A stretch of 64,000 nucleotides of DNA, from assembly GCF_031769215.1 (NCBI RefSeq), contig NW_026782330.1, positions 558,001-622,000 on the forward strand, written 5' to 3'. The notes beneath the pieces are model-generated. The model was not told where the DNA came from and did no database searches. It worked only from the letters and a program-made list of their open reading frames with translations. Positions 12,901-27,900 of the stretch are shown here, piece by piece (positions within the stretch are counted from its first letter, which is position 1; every line of letters starts with the position of its first letter). This DNA is from Ylistrum balloti (lineage: Eukaryota). The position numbers and the translations under genes were made by a program.

Positions 12901-15900
12901 CATCATTATCAGCTCTTGGTGTCGAAATGTTGAAATCAGGCAAAATGTAATGTCTTCTTTCATTAATTATCAATTAAATTTCCTTGTATCTCATCAACTT
13001 CAACATTATATCTACATATATCTTATATATCAACCTTATAGTAAGAGATTATATCTTGTGGTTGATCCTGTGTGTTTGACTGTTGATATTTGAATATCTC
13101 AGGACATAAAACAAGGTAATTAACAAACTCATTAGATCACACAGAAAACACTGGAGACAGTCACTGACATATCTCAGGGCATAAAACAAGGTAATTAACA
13201 AACTCATTACATTACACAGAAAACACTGGAGACAGTCACTGACATATCTCAGGGCATAAAACAAGGTAATTAACAAACTCATTACATTACACAGAAAACA
13301 CTGGAGACAGTCACTGACATATCTCAGGGCATAAAACAACCCCATTACATCACACAGAAAACACTGGAGACAGTCATTGACATATCTCAGGGCATAAAAC
13401 AAGGTAATTGACAACCCCATTACATTACACAGAAAACACTGGAGACAGTCACTGACATATCTCAGGGCATAAAACAAGGTAATTGACAACCCCATTACAT
13501 CACACAGAAAACACTGGAGACAGTCACTGACATATCTCAGGGCATAAAACAAGGTAATTGACAACCCCATTACATCACACAGAAAACAATGGAGACAGTT
13601 ACTGACATATCTCATGGCATAAAACAACCCCATTACATCACACAGAAAACACTGGAGACAGTTACTGACATATCTCAGGACATAAAACAACCCCATTATA
13701 TCACACAGAAAACACTGGAGACAGTTACTGACATATCTCAGGGCATAAAACAACCCCATTATATCACACAGAAAACACTGGAGACAGTTACTGACATATC
13801 TCAGGGCATAAAACAACCCCATTATATCACACAGAAAACACTGGAGACAGTCACTGACATATCTCAGGACATAAAACAAGGTAATTAACAAACTCATTAC
13901 ATAACACAGAAAACACTGGAGACAGTCACTGACATATCTCAGGGCATAAAACAACCCCATTATATCACACAGAAAACACTGGAGACAGTCACTGACATAT
14001 CTCAGGGCATAAAACAACCCCATTATATCACACAGAAAACACTGGAGACAGTCACTGACATAACAACCCCATTATATCACACAGAAAACACTGGAGACAG
14101 TCACTGACATATCTCAGGGCATAAAACAACCCCATTATATCACACAGAAAACACTGGAGACAGTCACTGACATATCTCAGGGCATAAAACAACCCCATTA
14201 CATCACACAGAAAACACTGGAGACAGTCACTGACATATCTCAGGGCATAAAACAACCCCATTACATTACACAGAAAACACTGGAGACAGTCACTGACATA
14301 TCTCAGGACATAAAACAACCCCATTACATTACACAGAAAACACTGGAGACAGTCACTGACATATCTCAGGGCATAAAACAAGGTAATTAACAAACTCATT
14401 ACATAACACAGAAAACACTGGAGACAGTCACTGACATATCTCAGGACATAAAACAACCCCATTATATAACACAGAAAACACTGGAGACAGTCACTGACAT
14501 ATCTCAGGGCATAAAACAAGGTAATTAACAAACTCATTACATTACACAGAAAACACTGGAGACAGTCACTGACATATCTCAGGGCATAAAACAAGGTAAT
14601 TAACAAACTCATTACATTACACAGAAAACACTGGAGACAGTCACTGACATATCTCAGGGCATAAAACAACCCCATTATATCACACAGAAAACACTGGAGA
14701 CAGTCACTGACATATCTCAGGGCATAAAACAAGGTAATTGACAACCCCATTACATCACACAGAAAACACTGGAGACAGTTACTGACATATCTCAGGGCAT
14801 AAAACAACCCCATTATATCACACAGAAAACACTGGAGACAGTTACTGACATATCTCAGGACATAAAACAACCCCATTACATCACACAGAAAACACTGGAG
14901 ACAGTCACTGACATATCTCAGGGCATAAAACAAGGTAATTGACAACCCCATTACATCACACAGAAAACACTGGAGACAGTTACTGACATATCTCAGGACA
15001 TAAAACAACCCCATTACATCACACAGAAAACACTGGAGACAGTTACTGACATATCTCAGGGCATAAAACAACCCCATTACATCACACAGAAAACACTGGA
15101 GACAGTCACTGACATATCTCAGGGCATAAAACAAGGTAATTGACAACCCCATTACATCACACAGAAAACACTGGAGACAGTTACTGTCATATCTCATGGC
15201 ATAAAACAACCCCATTACATCACACAGAAAACACTGGAGACAGTCACTGACATATCTCAGGGCATAAAACCAGGTAATTGACAACCCCATTACATCACAC
15301 AGAAAACACTGGAGACAGTCACTGACATATCTCAGGACATAAAACAACCCCATTACATCACACAGAAAACACTGGAGACAGTTACTGTCATATCTCAGGG
15401 CATAAAACAACCCCATTACATCACACAGAAAACACTGGAGACAGTCACTGACATATCTCAGGGCATAAAACCAGGTAATTGACAACCCCATTACATCACA
15501 CAGAAAACACTGGAGACAGTCACTGACATATCTCAGGACATAAAACAACCCCATTACATTACACAGAAAACACTGGAGACAGTCACTGACATATCTCAGG
15601 GCATAAAACAACCCCATTATATCACACAGAAAACACTGGAGACAGTCACTGACATATCTCAGGGCATAAAACAACCCCATTATATCACACAGAAAACACT
15701 GGAGACAGTCACTGACATATCTCAGGGCATAAAACAACCCCATTATATCACACAGAAAACACTGGAGACAGTCACTGACATATCTCAGGACATAAAACAA
15801 GGTAATTAACAACCAACCTCATCTAGCTGACGATTCTGCTCCCTAAGTTGTGCTTCTAAACGGTTGGTCAGGTCGTTCAACCTTTGGCGCTCCTGATCAT

Positions 15901-18900
15901 TGTCATCTTGTTGTTTGGCGAGTCTTTCCTGTAGGACTGAAAAAAGAGGTAGCCTATAACAACATTCATTTTTTTTGTTTGGCCCAATTTTTATTGACAC
16001 CTGATTTCATGGATAACTATACCCCCCCCTCTTCCCTCTGAAAATTAATGACTGTACAGTACACTAAGTAAAAGATAGAGTCACTTATACGTTGTAAGTC
16101 ACATCCCTTCTCTAGATCTTACATTCGGGCTACAGCCACGATCAAATACACTTAGTGTAAATCTAATATGTCTGATTATTGCAGTTAAACCTTTTTCTTA
16201 AAGTGCAGTCTATTACTATAATTACTCAGGATACTCTGTACACTACGAAGCAAAATACAAAGCATGGTTTAATGGCTTTAGTCCTACAGGTGGGACAAGA
16301 GAGGTAAGTAAACCTGTCTTTAACGATTGAATTTTGACTGTCAGTATATAAGATATTGAGGGAACTCCTTGCCCCACTTCCCTACTTACATGTAAACATG
16401 TCTCCTCGTCAGTGACAAACACATCCCCCAGGATACTTACTGCGAAGCTGCTCGTCCTTTGATCTGGTGATGATCTCCCGTTCATCCAGACCCTGACTAT
16501 GCCAGCTATTGACCTTCATTTGGAGCTCTCCAAGGTCACGAGCATTATTTTCAATCAGTGTCACAGCTGCCACTAATGACCTGTAACAGGAATACACTAT
16601 CCTTACTGAAAACTGGAGTTTACACCTGTCTTCAGTGATCAGATATAATGTCTTTCTATTGTAATTATTGACTTAAAGTGATCATGGTTTTGAGATACTA
16701 ATTGTGAAAAACAAAGAATAAGTTATACTCTAGGAGATATGGTACAGATATAGTCACCTACTTCCTGGTTTTTTAACTACTGTGACCTACTTTGTAGTAT
16801 CATGAGAAGTGGCGGCAGCCTCTATTTGTTGGTCCTTGGCCTGCTTCAGTCGTTGCAAAGAATTGTTGTGGTCCTCTTTTAATTCTGCTAGAACTTTTCT
16901 GTAAAGCACAAACATTTTTTTCATTCATTCATAGAATATTTTACCTAAATAATATAAAGAAATCATCAGCTGAGGTATTTTAAAATTCCTGATTAACCTT
17001 CACCAACAGTTTGCTGGACTTCCTTACCAATTTGTTATTTGTTCAAATCCTTGTCTCCACAAATGCTAATGATTGTCTAATGTTCTAAAAATTACCTGCA
17101 AATCTAAATAATATTTACCTGTAAGTCTGTAATATTTACCTGTAAGTCTGTCTAATATTTACCTGTAAGTCTGTAATATTTACCTGTAAGTCTGTCTAAT
17201 ATTTACTTGTAAGTCTGTCTAATATTTACCTGTAAGTCTGTCTAATATTTACTTGTAAGTTTGTCTTATATTTACATGTAAATCTTTCTTATATTTACCT
17301 GTAAGTCTGTCTAATATTTACCTGTAAATCTGTCTTAAATTAACCTGTAAATCTATCTAATATTTACCTGTAAGTCTGTCTAATATTTACCTGTAAGTCT
17401 GTCTAATATTTACTTGTAAGTCTGTCTAATATTTACCTGTAAGTCTGTCTAATATTTACTTGTAAGTTTGTCTTATATTTACATGTAAATCTTTCTTATA
17501 TTTACCTGTAAATCTGTCTAATATTTACCTGTAAGTCTGTCTTAAATTAACCTGTAAATCTATCTAATATTTACCTGTATGTCTGTCTAATATTAACCTG
17601 TAAATCTGTCTTATATTTACCTGTAAATCTCCCCGTGGGAGTGTGTTTTATATTTACTTGAGAGTCTATTTCACATTTAGACTTTACCTGTGTGTTTGTT
17701 TGACCTTTTCTAATTCTTCTGCACGGTCACGCTCCAGCTCCTCTATCCTGCGATACAGCTGAGTGTTTATGTTGGACTTTTCCTCCTCTAAACTCCTTAT
17801 ACGAGACGTGTGCTGATTCAACATCTGGCTATTTTCTTCCTTCAATCTTCAGATTAATCATAACAAAAATAGAAATTATACCTACTTGTCTACTTTAAAT
17901 ATACATGTCTACTATAAACATACCTGTCTACTATAAATATACCTGTCTACTATAAATATACCTGTCTACTATAAACATACCTGTCTACTATAAATATACC
18001 TGTCTACTTGCTGTCTACTATAAATATACCTGTCTACTATAAACATACCTGTATACTATAAACATACCTGTCTACTATAAACATACCTGTCTACTATAAA
18101 CATACCTGTCTACTATAAACATACCTGTCTACTATAAACATACCTGTCTACCTGTCTACTATAAACATACCTGTCTACTATAAACATACCTGTCTACTAT
18201 AAACATACCTGTCTACTATAAATATACCTGTCTACTATAAACATACCTGTCTACTATAAATATACCTGTCTACTATAAATATACCTGTCTACTATAAACA
18301 TACCTGTCTACTTTAAATATACCTGTCTACTATAAACATACCTGTCTACTTTAAATATACCTGTCTACTATTAACATACATGTCTAATATAAATATACCT
18401 GTCTAATTTAAATATACCTGTCCACTACAAATATACCTGTCTACTATAAGCATACCTGTCTACTATAAAAATTCCTGTCCACTATAAACATACCTGTCTA
18501 CTATAAACTTACCTGTCTACTATAAATATACCTGTCTAATTTAAATATACCTGTCCACTACAAATATACCTGTCTACTATAAGCATACCTGTCTACTATA
18601 AAAATTCCTGTCTACTATAAACATACCTGTCTACTATAAACTTACCTGTCTACTGTAACCATACCTGTCCACTATAAATATACCTGCCTACTATAAACAT
18701 ACCTGTCTACTATAAATATACATGTCTACTATAAACATACCTGTCTACTATAAATATACATGTCTACTATAAACATACTTGTCTACTTTAAATATACCTA
18801 TCCACTCTAAACCTACCTGTCTACTATAAACTTACCTGTCTACTGTAACCATACCTGTCTACTATAAACATACCTGTCTACTATAAACCTACCTGTCTAC

Positions 18901-21900
18901 TATAAACATACCTGTCTACTATGAACTTACCTGTCTACTATAAACATACCTGTCTACTATAAACATACCTGTCTACTATAAACATACCTGTCTACTATTA
19001 ACATACCTGTCTACTATAAACATACCTGTCTACTATAAACATACCTGTCTACTATAAACATACCTGTCTACTATAAACATACCTGTCTACTATACTTTTG
19101 TTGGTTTCTTCTATATGTTTCATTCTGCTCCTGTAACAATAAATTTTTACTTTATTTACAGTGTATTGTCTAATACAGAAACATATCAGTGTACATATAT
19201 AATATATAGAAGAGATATGAGTAATTCTGATTGTTAATTAGTGTTAATGAACAGGAAAAAACATTCTCTTGAATTCTTGTGAAACAGACTAGACTAGATA
19301 GTATGAATTCAAAAGTAGGCTTCTTGGTCTTTTAATGGATGATATAAAAAAAACAGATGGCCGCAAGTTGTTTCTGCCAAGTATAGGATGTACATTTAGG
19401 TAGCTTATCTTCAGTGAAGGTAACTTCAAAGTTGTTTGTTCTTATCAATTGTGTGATTAATAAAATATATAAACACACACACACCCAGATCCCAGTTAAG
19501 TATATATATGGTTATACAACACAGATCCCAGTTAAGTATATATATGGTTATACAACACAGATCCCAGTTGACTATTACTCAGCTGGAGTGAACATGTCAT
19601 TTACTTTATTTTTACTATAAAGATACAGCGTTGACTATAGGAATCTTTTTAAAGCTTGTCACAGACTAATACTTTATATGACATAAAACCTTTTATGGCT
19701 GATAGTTATGGTCTTTAATGTTTTACTTAATATGTACCAGGTGATACTCACTTGTAAGAATTTTCCACAGCTTCTATTTCCTCCTCGGAACGACGCTTTG
19801 TTGAATCAAGAATTGACTGAACATAATCCCTCTCAATCTCAAGCTTTCGAATCTACCATTCATAAAAGAAATAAACAAATACAAAAAAAATAAATAAAAA
19901 AAAGCTTTAGAATAAAAATATACATATAAATTTACATATCAAGTTATTTTTGTACTCAGCAAATGCTTAAAACGTAACTGTTTAGTATTTACTTAGGCAT
20001 ATGCCTGTTAAACATGCTATGAATTCATGTGAAAATACCTAACAAAAACTTATTCACAAATTTCTTACGACCTACATGATTCATTACTTAAATGTTTCAG
20101 GATTCCGCCTTGACTTTGAGAAATGTGAGTTGACCTTTGACTACAACTTGACTTGAGGGACACTTCCCTATCATAATCTCAGCCTTGACTTTGTAGAATG
20201 TTTACTTACATGAGCCTCAGCCTTGACCTTATAGATTGTTAACTTACATGAGCCTCAGCCTTGACCTTATAGATTGTTTACTTACATGAGCCTCAGCCTT
20301 GACCTTATAGATTGTTTACTTACACAAGCCTCAGCCTTGACCTTATAGATTGTTTACTTACATAAGCCTCAGCCTTGACCTTATAGACTGTTTACTTACA
20401 CAAGCTTCAGCCTTGACTTTATAAATTGTTTATTTACATGAGCCTCAGCCTTGACCTTAGAGATTGTTTACTTACATGAGCCTCAGCCTTGACCTTAGAG
20501 ATTGTTTACTTACACGAGCCTCAGCCTTGACCTTAGAGATTGTTTACTTACACGAGCCTCAGCCTTGACCTTATAGATTGTTTACTTACATGAGCCTCAG
20601 CCTTGACCTTATAGATTGTTAACTTACATGAGCCTCAGCCTTGACCTTAGAGATTGTTTACTTACACGAGCCTCAGCTTCCATTAGAGACTTTGGAGGAT
20701 CTGTCAACATCACACTGGTCCCTACACCCAAACCCATCAATGGGGAAATTCCAGGCATAGATGGCGCACCTGATACTGGTGTCTACAATACAAATTTATT
20801 AGCTCAAAAAGACTAAATCATACTTCAACTGAATCATTTTAATTCAGAAATTTTCAGAAGAAAGTTTGTTGGTATCTATTTCTCCTCGGCTTTAATATAT
20901 CAGAACAAACATCTATAAAACTATTACAAACAATACAAAACAGAGAAATGTTGGCCACAGAGACGATGGCTGACCTTGAGTGAAGTTTCATATTGTTTCT
21001 GGAGGTCTGACATCATCTGCTGCAGTTGTGACTGTTGTTGAATGAAATTCTGTTGTAATGCTGACTGCTGTTGTTGTTGTAAAGCTGCCTGTTGTTGTTG
21101 TTGTTGCTGTTGTAACACTGCCTGTTGTTGTTGCTGTAATGCTGCCGGTTGTTGAATGTTCACTTGTTGGTGTAGCTGCATTGCAGCTTGTTGTTGCTGC
21201 TGTACCATGGTTTGTTGTTGACCTATGACCTCTTGCTGGGCAGGTAGTTGATGGAAGGAGTTCTGGGGAGTGTGAACATAAGGATACTGCTTAAAGATGG
21301 ACATTCAAACATGAAACAAGTATGAAGAACTTCAACATTCCATCCTTAAACTGCGATCAGTTTCACCTTCACAACTTTAGAATTCTTAATAGGAACATTG
21401 ATATCTTAGGCATAATGTTACAAAGCTAACAAACCTTAGACTGAGGCCAAAAACATTAAGACTGGGCCAATAAGGATTAAACCTTAGAATGAGGCCAAAA
21501 ACATTTAGACTGGGACAATAAGGATTAAACCTAAGACTGAGGCCAAAAACATTTAGACTGGGACAATAAGGATCAAACCTTAGACTGAGGCCAAAAACAT
21601 TTAGACTGGGACAATAAGGATTAAACCTTAGAATGAGGCCAAAAACATTTAGACTGGGACAATAAGGATCAAACCTTCGACTGAGGCCAAAAACATTTAG
21701 ACTGGGACAATAAGGATCAAACCTTAGACTGAGGCCAAAAACATTTAGACTGGGACAATAAGGATTAAACCTAAGACTGAGGCCAAAAACATTTAGACTG
21801 GGACAATAAGGATTAAACCTAAGACTGAGGCCAAAAACATTTAGACTGGGACAATAAGGATCAAACCTTCGAATGAGGCCAAAAACATTTAGACTGGGAC

Positions 21901-24900
21901 AATAAGGATTAAACCTTAGAATGAGGCCAAAAACATTTAGACTGGGACAATAAGGATCAAACCTTCGACTGAGGCCAAAAACATTTAGACTGGGACAATA
22001 AGGATCAAACCTTAGACTGAGGCCAAAAACATTTAGACTGGGACAATAAGGATCAAACCTTCGACTGAGGCCAAAAACATTTAGATTGGGACAATAAGTA
22101 TCAAACCTTAGACTGAGGCCAAAAACATTTAGACTGGGACAATAAGGATCAAACCTTAGACTGAGGCCAAAAACATTTAGACTGGGACAATAAGGATTAA
22201 ACCTAAGACTGAGGCCAAAAACATTTAGACTGGGACAATAAGTATCAAACCTTAGAATGAGGCCAAAAACATTTAGACTGGGACAATAAGTATCAAACCT
22301 TCGACTGAGGCCAAAAACATTTAGACTGGGACAATAAGGATTAAACCTTAGACTGAGGCCAAAAACATTTAGACTGGGACAATAAGGATCAAACCTTCGA
22401 ATGAGGCCAAAAACATTTAGACTGGGACAATTAGTATCAAATCTTATACTGAGACCAAAAACATCAACATTTAGACTAGTGATAAAACAAGGGCAGTCAG
22501 AGACAGTTTATAGTCCAAAATTTAAGTATGAAAAATAACACAGGGCAATAACTCCTTAATCATGCAAAAAAGAGTGATGGTTCTTGTGCACATCATTTTT
22601 CTTCCTTCAGTGAGCATAAATATCAAAAGACTCAGTAGTTCAACATGCACCAGGAAACTCAAGTTGTTCCTTGGAAACCATTTTATTCCATCTATAATAT
22701 GAATGACCTCTAAGTTTTCACCATCAGACCTGTCTGTCAAATTCTGCAAGCACTTTCAGTAAAGTAAAGAATGATGTTTGAAATTGAAGGGCTAAGAAAA
22801 CTAATTGAAGTTAAGCACAAAAATCTTTGTTTACTGACAAGGTCAACGCCAGCTTAGTGATCCATACACATCCTGTATAGTCTAAGTAAAAAGTCTACAT
22901 GTGTAAAAGTTTGTTGTCATAGATCTATATATCTATATCACATTTACCTGTAGATCAGCCTGACCTTGAGGCACTGTTACTGACTCACTTCCTCTCCTAC
23001 TTTTGTCAAAACTGAAGAAGTCAGTCTGAACAGCAGTGTCTGGTGACTTCTGTTGGGGTGAACCAAAATAATCAGTGTCATTGTCCAGCTTTCCCAGCTG
23101 ACCAATTTGTGAGGAGAGGGGGACCCTTGGGCTCCCTAGTGACAGCATGGTTTCCTCTTCAGCGACTGTTAATAACAATTGTAATTCTGTATCAAATTAC
23201 TGGGCACACTCACCTGTTTTGAAACTTAACAGTAACAGAATTTCCTACTTTCAGTTTTATAACTGAATATTTTCACAGGTTTTAAAGATAATATCTGAAT
23301 TGAAAGAATTTCTATAATAAGTAAAAGATTTTTTTGAAACTAGTGCAAGCCTTTCTAATTATACAGCAACAAACTAAAATTTTCAGTGACAAATCAATCT
23401 TTACTGTGACAAACTTGGCTCATCAGTGACAAACTTTGCTAATAACCAATTGAACCTTTCTAGTGACAAACCAAACTTGAATGGTAAACAGAAAAGTTGT
23501 CATAAAAATTTTGCAATGTTATAAATACTAAGTACAATGTATTGTAAAAGAACAATAGAGAATGGTCTACAATACACCTCAAGCAACAAGCATACCTTTC
23601 TGACGGTCTGGTTTTGGTGGTAGTCCACGATCAAAAAACGGAGAACTGAGAATCAAATCAATCAAAAATTATCCACTGAAATTATTTTAATGTAGACATG
23701 GTAAAGGTTTGATCATTTACAACTGCTCTGGATGAAAACAAATACATTGAACTCTGAAGAGAGTTGCAATGTCATGTTGGGGAAAAAGTATTTTAAAATC
23801 ATATCCAACATTTTCTCAAATAAAATGATTTAAAGACATTGCTTTCTTTAGAACAATTTTCATAACTCTTTATAGAAATTTGAAGTAATGTTCTAATTTC
23901 TGATTTTGTTTTCTATTGTTGATGTTTCCAAAGTGATCTTACTGTAGGTAATCTTGTCCTATGATACATCTTGGTGAAATTGTCAGATTTTAAGTCCTTT
24001 CAAAAATTACAGTTGGTAAATTAATTCTTCAAATCAAGCTTTACTCCCATTTTCCAAATTTCAAGGTAGAATTAATTCATGAATAGCTTATAAAAACCTA
24101 TGTTCAGCCTAAAAGGATTTTTTGAACTCATTCAAAAAAAAAAAGGAACTTTCTTTTTTGTCAGATTTGACATTTGTGTAGACTTAAAAAAACTGATTTA
24201 GAATGGACACATCAAGTAGATACCTTTTTTCTGGTTTTGAAGGACCAGTGGAGAAAAGGTCTGCCATTTTCTCAGAGTTTCTATCGGCTCCACCAAATGT
24301 TGGCACTTTTGTTTTAGATCTGTAAATCAACATTTTATTACAGAAAGCTGCACTTGACAAATCAGTGATTGCCAAAATAGACAGAGTAGACATCCCTCAT
24401 CCCAAACAGAACATTAACTGGTTATACCTCAACTTTGTATAAAAGGTTTCCAGGAACCATTTCAGAGCCCTTACACATCAACATTGAGAATATTTTTCCT
24501 CAGCTTGAAGCAATTATTCATTTCTCAAAAACAACACTTTCCTAAACGAAAATATAAAATAAAATCCCTTGAAATCAAATCTATCAAAAAGTCTTTATCT
24601 CCATTTTCTACACATCACCAGAGAGACCAACCAGACTTACTTTAGGAGTGAGTCTGGATCAATCTCTTTCCCCAGCCCTAGGTAATCATCTCCTCCACTG
24701 TCCATCCAGCTTTCCTGCTGTTTCAAGTCCTTCCCTTCCTTCTTTTTCTGTTGGAAGTCAGTCACAGACAACTTTGTGTCCTCCCTGGGCTCTGATGGTG
24801 GACTGACATCAGCCATGAAGGCAGGATCGTCAGCCATATTGTCCTGTTTCAGTTTCTCCAGCCAGTCCATCGGATCGGATTTGTTGACAAACTTCTCCTG

Positions 24901-27900
24901 TTGAGGCTTAGATGGCCCAGTGTTGTCAATAGTAGGCTTAGATTTTTCTGTTGTGGTTGGTTTGGGAGTAGACTTCTCAGGAGTGGTAGGTTTTATGGCT
25001 GGCTTACTGACAGTCATGTCCAACCAGTCCATGTCATCCGGCTTCTTTGTGGCTGGGGATCGTCCCCGAGAGGGAGGACGTTCACTTATACCAAAGATGT
25101 CATCCTCATCTTGGAATCTAAATGTGAATGATATTAAAAGATAATACCTAGATTATTGAACAGTATCAAAAATTAATGAAATTTTATGTTTGTGGCAAAT
25201 CAGATCAGTAAGTCACACATTCCCTTACCAGGTCAATAAGCTTTAAATTATGTTACCAGATCAATTTGTCACAAATACTTTTTACCACTCTGATATAAAA
25301 AAAAAGAAGAAAGACCATTTTACATAAGCCTGGTAAAGTTAGACGTTAATGTTTTGAGCTCCATTATTATGGTAATGACTTTCTATTATGTTCTGTATTG
25401 TGAAGTCTGTGGATTGTTTGGAGACACTGACCGAACAGATCGACGTGAGTTAGGCCGGGATCCCTGAGTGGATGCAGCTGAGGGCTGGTAGGCTCCAAAT
25501 AGAAAGTCATCCTCTTCATCTGCATATTTAAAATTTTAATATTGCACTTCCCATAAGGAGACACTTACATTCTTAACATCAGGAAAACAAACATTTTGAC
25601 ACTGACATCAAGAACATTATGTTATTGAGAATAGAAATGTTTGTTACGGTTAATGAACAGTATTTATGATTAATGATGTGACTGAAATGTGTCTGAAATA
25701 TTTTGAAGCAAAAAAAAACATATAAATACTTTTCACTTAGAAGGATTCCCTGTAAAGATTCCACAAGCATTGACTACCAACCTTCAGCATTTTTAGTGTA
25801 TTTTTTATCCAGGACAAACTCTCGTCTTTCTTTGTTGGTATCCAAGTGCTTGGAGACTGTATCTTTACCAAGAAGTTTATCAAAAATCGCCTTGGCTGGC
25901 TGGCCATCCTCTTCACTGTGTACAGAGCGAGCCTTGTCGACAGGTTTGGTTGGCTTGTCATCGATACCTAAATCTCCCAGGAGGTCATCATCATCATCAC
26001 TAAACAGACCTGCATCGGATTTCCGTCTGGCTGGTAAAGGATCTTTTTTGATAGGAGTAGGATCGTCTCTTCTCACCACTTCCTCCTTACGAGGAGAGAC
26101 TGCCAACCAAACAGAATGATACATACATCTTCATATTACTGATATATTACTGTGTGACTAAACTACGTTATCAAAAGGTAAAGATGACTGTCTTTAATCA
26201 AAGATGTAGACTAGTTTTAACACTTAGTCATCATCCTGAGAGCCAATCAACCAGGCCAGCTGTTGTCATGGCCATCTTTACATGTTGATAACACTATTTT
26301 AAGGCTGGACTCTTGTATTTCCTGTGAAATCCATCAGCTGGGCATCACAGAACATTACTGCACACTTTAAGTAAACATTTCTTGTAGATTATATAGTTAC
26401 AATCAGTTAAGGATTTATTTGCAGTAGTTTTGGAGTGTTTACATATTTTTTCTTTTATTCAGATAATTTTACATGTTTAATTACACAGCTTCCTGTAATG
26501 GAGATTTGTAATGTTGAGATACCACTATTGAGATCAATATTACCATTTAACTTCAGAATGAGATGGTTACATATGGCACAGTTACTGAGTTCTATTGTTA
26601 TAAAATATTATCAGACTTGTGTGGTATATGAGCTGACCTGGTTTGGGTATTTCTTCTATGACTGGTTCAGACTTAGAAACACCACTCCTGGTAGGTGGTC
26701 GGTCATACACATTCCGTCTTGGAGTTTCTACTAAAAACAAGCATGATAGATTTTAACCAACAACGCCAAAAAAAATTTAAGAAATATTAGCTACATTAAT
26801 GTATATATATTAGTGATTAAGGACAGATACAAACAAGGGGTTTATACCAAAAGGAAATAAAACTGTTCCTGTACAAGAACACCATTCTCCAACTTATAAT
26901 CAGGATTAGGAGACCAAACATTATAATGGAAGACATACTAACCCTGCTCCTTCTCAGCAGGTGAGGGTGTGTCCTCCAAGGACCTCTGTTTTTTCAGTAC
27001 TGACTTTTTTGGCTTCGCTGCCCAGGAAGCTGAATCATCTTCATCACTGATAAGGCCTGCCAGTGGGTCATCCTCATTAAACTCTGCACAATCACATATA
27101 TCATCAGATCTATGTCAACACATGTTACTGTCACAAATCAAGTAAATACATCATAAAATCTTGTTAACTATGGACAAAGTGTAACAGAAAGATCAGATGA
27201 TTGTTAGTGAAACATTTACCCCCAGTGATAAGAAATAGGTCCAAACTTTACTTAATGCTTCTATGTATCAGAGTACCTACCTCCAAAGTCATACTTTGCC
27301 TTAGCTTTAGGAACAGTTCCTGGTCTTTCATTTGAATGGACACCAGGCTTGAGAGACTCCGATGCAGAGCCAATATCTAAAAGATTAAAAAATTAAATAA
27401 AAAAAAATTATTCGTGGACATTAATGAAAATTACATCTAGCTTACAGGGAAATATTTTCATTTCATAATCACAGTAATTTCAAAGTTGATAAACAATATG
27501 GAAGATTTGGAATGTCTTTGAGGTATTGTGGAACTAGTAAGTGGTTACAATGTAGTCGGGTGATATAGGCACATTTAAAACTTTCCCTAGAACAGGTTAA
27601 ATGGTTCTTTTGATGGACTGTGGCGAACAGGAACATCATGGCTCACTATTTCACAGAGAGACAAAAAAAGTTCCAGTGAAGTGGTATAATCCCTGTAATA
27701 CCAAAATGATAACATGGAAAATGTCTCAAAATACCGAGTACAGAATGTTCTCATGGTCAAGATTGATATATCTGTGAACTAAACCCAATCAGAGGCAACA
27801 ATCACAAGTTACAGACATTACTATGTCATTTGTTCAATTCTATACAATTACTTAAATAAAGATGTATACATCTGTTATCATACCACACACAGGTATTTGT

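Noticed and set aside
13049-15812. 324-aa and 586-aa Cys-rich ORFs
   Set aside because: They are translations of the 63/75-bp minisatellite (unit lengths are multiples of 3) inside FBF1 intron 24, with no unique sequence or splice structure.
724-22460. Regularly spaced repeats as possible CRISPR arrays
   Set aside because: Units are head-to-tail with no unique spacers, there are no cas genes, and the context is eukaryotic.
22965-22965. Alternative donor CAAG|GTCAGG for FBF1 exon 16
   Set aside because: It gives phase 1, whereas exon 17 requires phase 0; the donor at 22948 fits.
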